The notes under the pieces are model-generated. The model was not told the DNA's origin and did no database searches. It saw only the letters and a program-made list of their open reading frames with translations. The position numbers and the translations under genes were made by a program. A stretch of DNA of 63,953 nucleotides, the filler included, from Octopus bimaculoides (taxonomy: Eukaryota), in NCBI RefSeq assembly GCF_001194135.2. It is 5 parts of 5 records of this genome, joined end to end, with 100 filler letters (N's around TTAATTAATTAA, not from the genome) between each part and the next. Parts side by side here need not be neighbours in the genome. Positions count along the whole stretch, not along the records: positions 60,621 to 62,688 come from NW_026382162.1; positions 62,789 to 63,953 come from NW_026367372.1; 3 more parts are not named here. One strand, written 5' to 3'. This document shows, piece by piece, positions 60,621 through 63,953 of this stretch (position 1 is its first letter; every line of letters starts with the position of its first letter).

Positions 60621-62688
60621 AAATAAATATATAAATAAATATATACATATAACAGTAAACATATCAATAAATAAATAAATATACATATTCATAAATAAAT
60701 ATATAAATTAACAGATAAATATATATATAAATATATGTATGAATAAGTAAATATGTAAATAAATAACTATATATATAAATAAATATAAAATAAATGTAAT
60801 ATATAAATAAATATATACATATATATATATAAATATATATATAAATATATGTATATAAATAAATACATATATATAAATAAATATATAAATAAATAAAAAT
60901 ATAAATAAAAATATAAATAGATACATATATATATATATATAAATAAATATATATATATATAAATAAATAAATATGTAAATAAATAGATATATATATAAAT
61001 AAATATATATAAATAAATATATATATAAATAAATAAATATATATATAAATACATAAATAAATAAATACATAAATAAATATATAAACAAATCAATATATAA
61101 ATAAACAGATAAATATATAAATATATATATGAATAAATAAATATATATATAGTATATAAATAAAGACGTAAATATACAAATAAATATATAAACTAAAAAA
61201 TTAATATATATATATATAAATATATATATAAATAAATAAATATATATAAATAAATATATATAAATAAATATATATGTATATAAATAAAAATATATAAATA
61301 AATATATATATATATATAAATAAATATATAACTACATAAATATATAAATAAATATTTATATAAATGAATGTATAAATAAATACATGAATATATAAATAAA
61401 TAAATATATAATTGAATATATAAATAAATATATATATATATATATGAATAAATAAATATATAAATAAATAAATATATAAAGAAAAAAAAATATATATATA
61501 TAAAATTTATATATATATATAAATAAATAAATATATAAATAGATAAATAGATAAATAAATACATAAATGAATATATATACTTTAAAATAAATAAATATAT
61601 AAATAAATATATAATTAAACAGATAATTATATAAATAAATATATATATATATGAATAAATAAATGTATAGAAATATATACATATATAAATAAATATATAT
61701 ATAAATAAATATAAAATAAATAAATGAATATATAAAATAAATATATAAATAAATATATATGAATAAATAAATATATATAAACAGATATATATAAATATAT
61801 ATATATACATTAAATAAATAAATGTATAAATATATATATATTTAAACAGATAATTATATAAATAAATATATACATGAATAAATGTATAGAAATATATACA
61901 TATATAAATAAATATATATATAAATATATAAAGTAATAAATATATACATAAATAAATACATAAATAAATATATATATAAATAAATAAATATATATATATA
62001 TATATGAATAAATATATATATATATAAATAAATAGATAAATATATATAATTCAATATATATATAAATAAATAAATATATAAATAAATATATATATATATA
62101 TATATATAAATATATATATATAAATAAATACATATAAATATATAAATAAATAAATAAAAATATAAATAAATACATATATATATAAATAAATAAATAAATA
62201 TATATATAAATAAATAAATATGTAAATAAATAGACATATATATAAATAAATATATATAAATAAATATATGTATAAATAAATAAATATATATATAAATAAA
62301 TAAATACATAAATAAATAAATATATAAGAAAATAAGTAAAAAGATAAATAAATAAATACATATATAATTAAATAAATAAATATAGAAATAAATAATTAAA
62401 TAAGTATATAAACAAATAAATATATACATAGATAAATATATAAATATATATATGAATAAATAAATATATATAAATATATATATATAAATAAGTATATATA
62501 CAAATAAATATATAAATAAATATATACATATAACAGTAAATATACATATTCATAAATAAATATACATATTCATAAATAAATATATAAATAAACAGATAAA
62601 TATATATATAAATATATGTATGAATAAGTAAATATGTGAATAAATAACTATATATATAAATAAATATAAAATAAATGTAATATATAAA
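60621..62688. repeat. ~2.1 kb almost pure A/T satellite (TA/TAAA units) with a higher-order period near 1.88 kb
   Basis: Rare markers such as aacagtaaa occur at 60651 and 62532, followed by the same ~150 bp. Confidence 0.85.
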
Positions 62689-63363
62689 NNNNNNNNNNNN
62701 NNNNNNNNNNNNNNNNNNNNNNNNNNNNNNNNTTAATTAATTAANNNNNNNNNNNNNNNNNNNNNNNNNNNNNNNNNNNNNNNNNNNNATTTCACAACAC
62801 TGCACCATGTAGATGCAGTGGGTTCTCAATTTCCTGTTGTCTCTTTTGATTATAACATAAACGGAATCCAATAGTTTCCGGCCCGTATGAGAATGCAGAA
62901 AGCAGCAAAATCCTCCGTCCGTTATTGTCTTGTATTCATCATGACAACGGAGTCAACTAAAGCCTACCCGCGCTGCATTGGGCACCTATATTAGAGATGG
63001 ACAGAATGTATCCATAAATATTTTCGTCCCTCACGGTGTATGATATGAGTGTGTGTGTGTGTGTGTGTATGTGTGTTTCCCTATTCCTACAGAAACACAC
63101 ACACACACACACACACATACACATACACACACACACCCACATACACACACACATACACACACACATATACATGCATGTGTCTGTGCGTCTGTGTGTGTGT
63201 CTGTGTGTGTGTGTGCGTGTGTGTACATATATATATGTGTATATGTATATATATACATACACACACACACACACACACACACATATTCATACACATATAT
63301 ATGCATGTATCACTGCAAACACACACACACACACACATATATGTGTACGTGTGTGTATATATA

Positions 63364-63438
<75 letters not shown>

Positions 63439-63654
63439 TCACATATACACCGTATTTTAACGTGTATAAGGAATCCCAAAATTTTGGAGCCTTAAAATTT
63501 GGTTAAAAGGTTTTGTATGAGATTATAAGACTATCCATGTATAAAAAAACTCCCATATTTTTTAACCTACTTTTTGACGAAAAAGGGTTCCTTATGCACA
63601 TTAAAATATGGTATATATGTGCACATATATATATATATTTAGATATAGGTACAA

Positions 63655-63890
63655 TGGTGGCTGTGTGGTAAAGGAGTTTCTTCCTGACCACATGATTACG
63701 GGTTTAGCCCCACTCCGTGACACCTCAGACAAAGCCTTGTGAGTGGATTTGACAGAAGGAAGCACAAAGAAGCCCGTCGTGTATATACATATAAACATAT
63801 ATATATGTATGCATGTATACGTTTGTGTGTCTGTGTTTGTACCCCCAATATTGCTTGGCAACCAATGTTGGTGTGTTTACGTTCTCGTTA
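63655..63890 (+). mobile_element. SINE family B, partial
   Basis: ggctgtgtggtaagg..aaagccttgtgagtggattt..aagaagcccgtcgt. Confidence 0.75.
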
Positions 63891-63953
63891 TACGTATATA
63901 TACATATATTATATATATGTATGTATACATGTGTACATATATATATATATATA

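Noticed and set aside
29583-62744. TTAATTAATTAA embedded in N-runs at 29583-29594, 38253-38264, 60565-60576 and 62733-62744
   Set aside because: Identical 12-mer with stops in all six frames, centred in gaps: an assembly/scaffolding linker, not biology.
5869-63861. Long ORFs of poly-CV/HT/YI/IY/M/P and ORFs spanning X runs
   Set aside because: Translations of microsatellites and N-gaps.

Overview
AT-rich eukaryotic scaffold fragment with 18 N-gaps. It is very probably octopus or another coleoid cephalopod (inference from the SINE families and the extreme microsatellite load). I recognise no intact host protein-coding gene. Almost every long ORF in the track is a microsatellite or N-gap artefact, and only a few splice-site-bounded candidate exons exist (low confidence). 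The window is intronic/intergenic DNA built from: four tRNA-derived SINE families (my labels A-D); an RTE-like 3'-end family (E); decayed transposases (mariner, two pogo/Tigger, hAT); many MITEs and fold-backs, including a TTAA-flanked Kolobok-type element; and fragments of several restriction-like-endonuclease (RLE) non-LTR retrotransposon lineages (HERO-, R4/Dong-, R4/NeSL- and CRE-like). The most interesting signals are (i) a minimal hammerhead-ribozyme motif with intact core at 16250-16292 plus a repeat family carrying a variant hammerhead-like core, (ii) RLE retrotransposons sitting inside (TAA)n and (ACAT)n microsatellites, (iii) two complementary halves of one Dong-like ORF 18 kb apart, in permuted order with a 22-bp overlap, and (iv) a high density of long inverted repeats. 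Family assignments are from motif recall, not database searches. Dispersed-repeat boundaries are approximate (+/- 10-30 bp) unless TSDs/TIRs are quoted.
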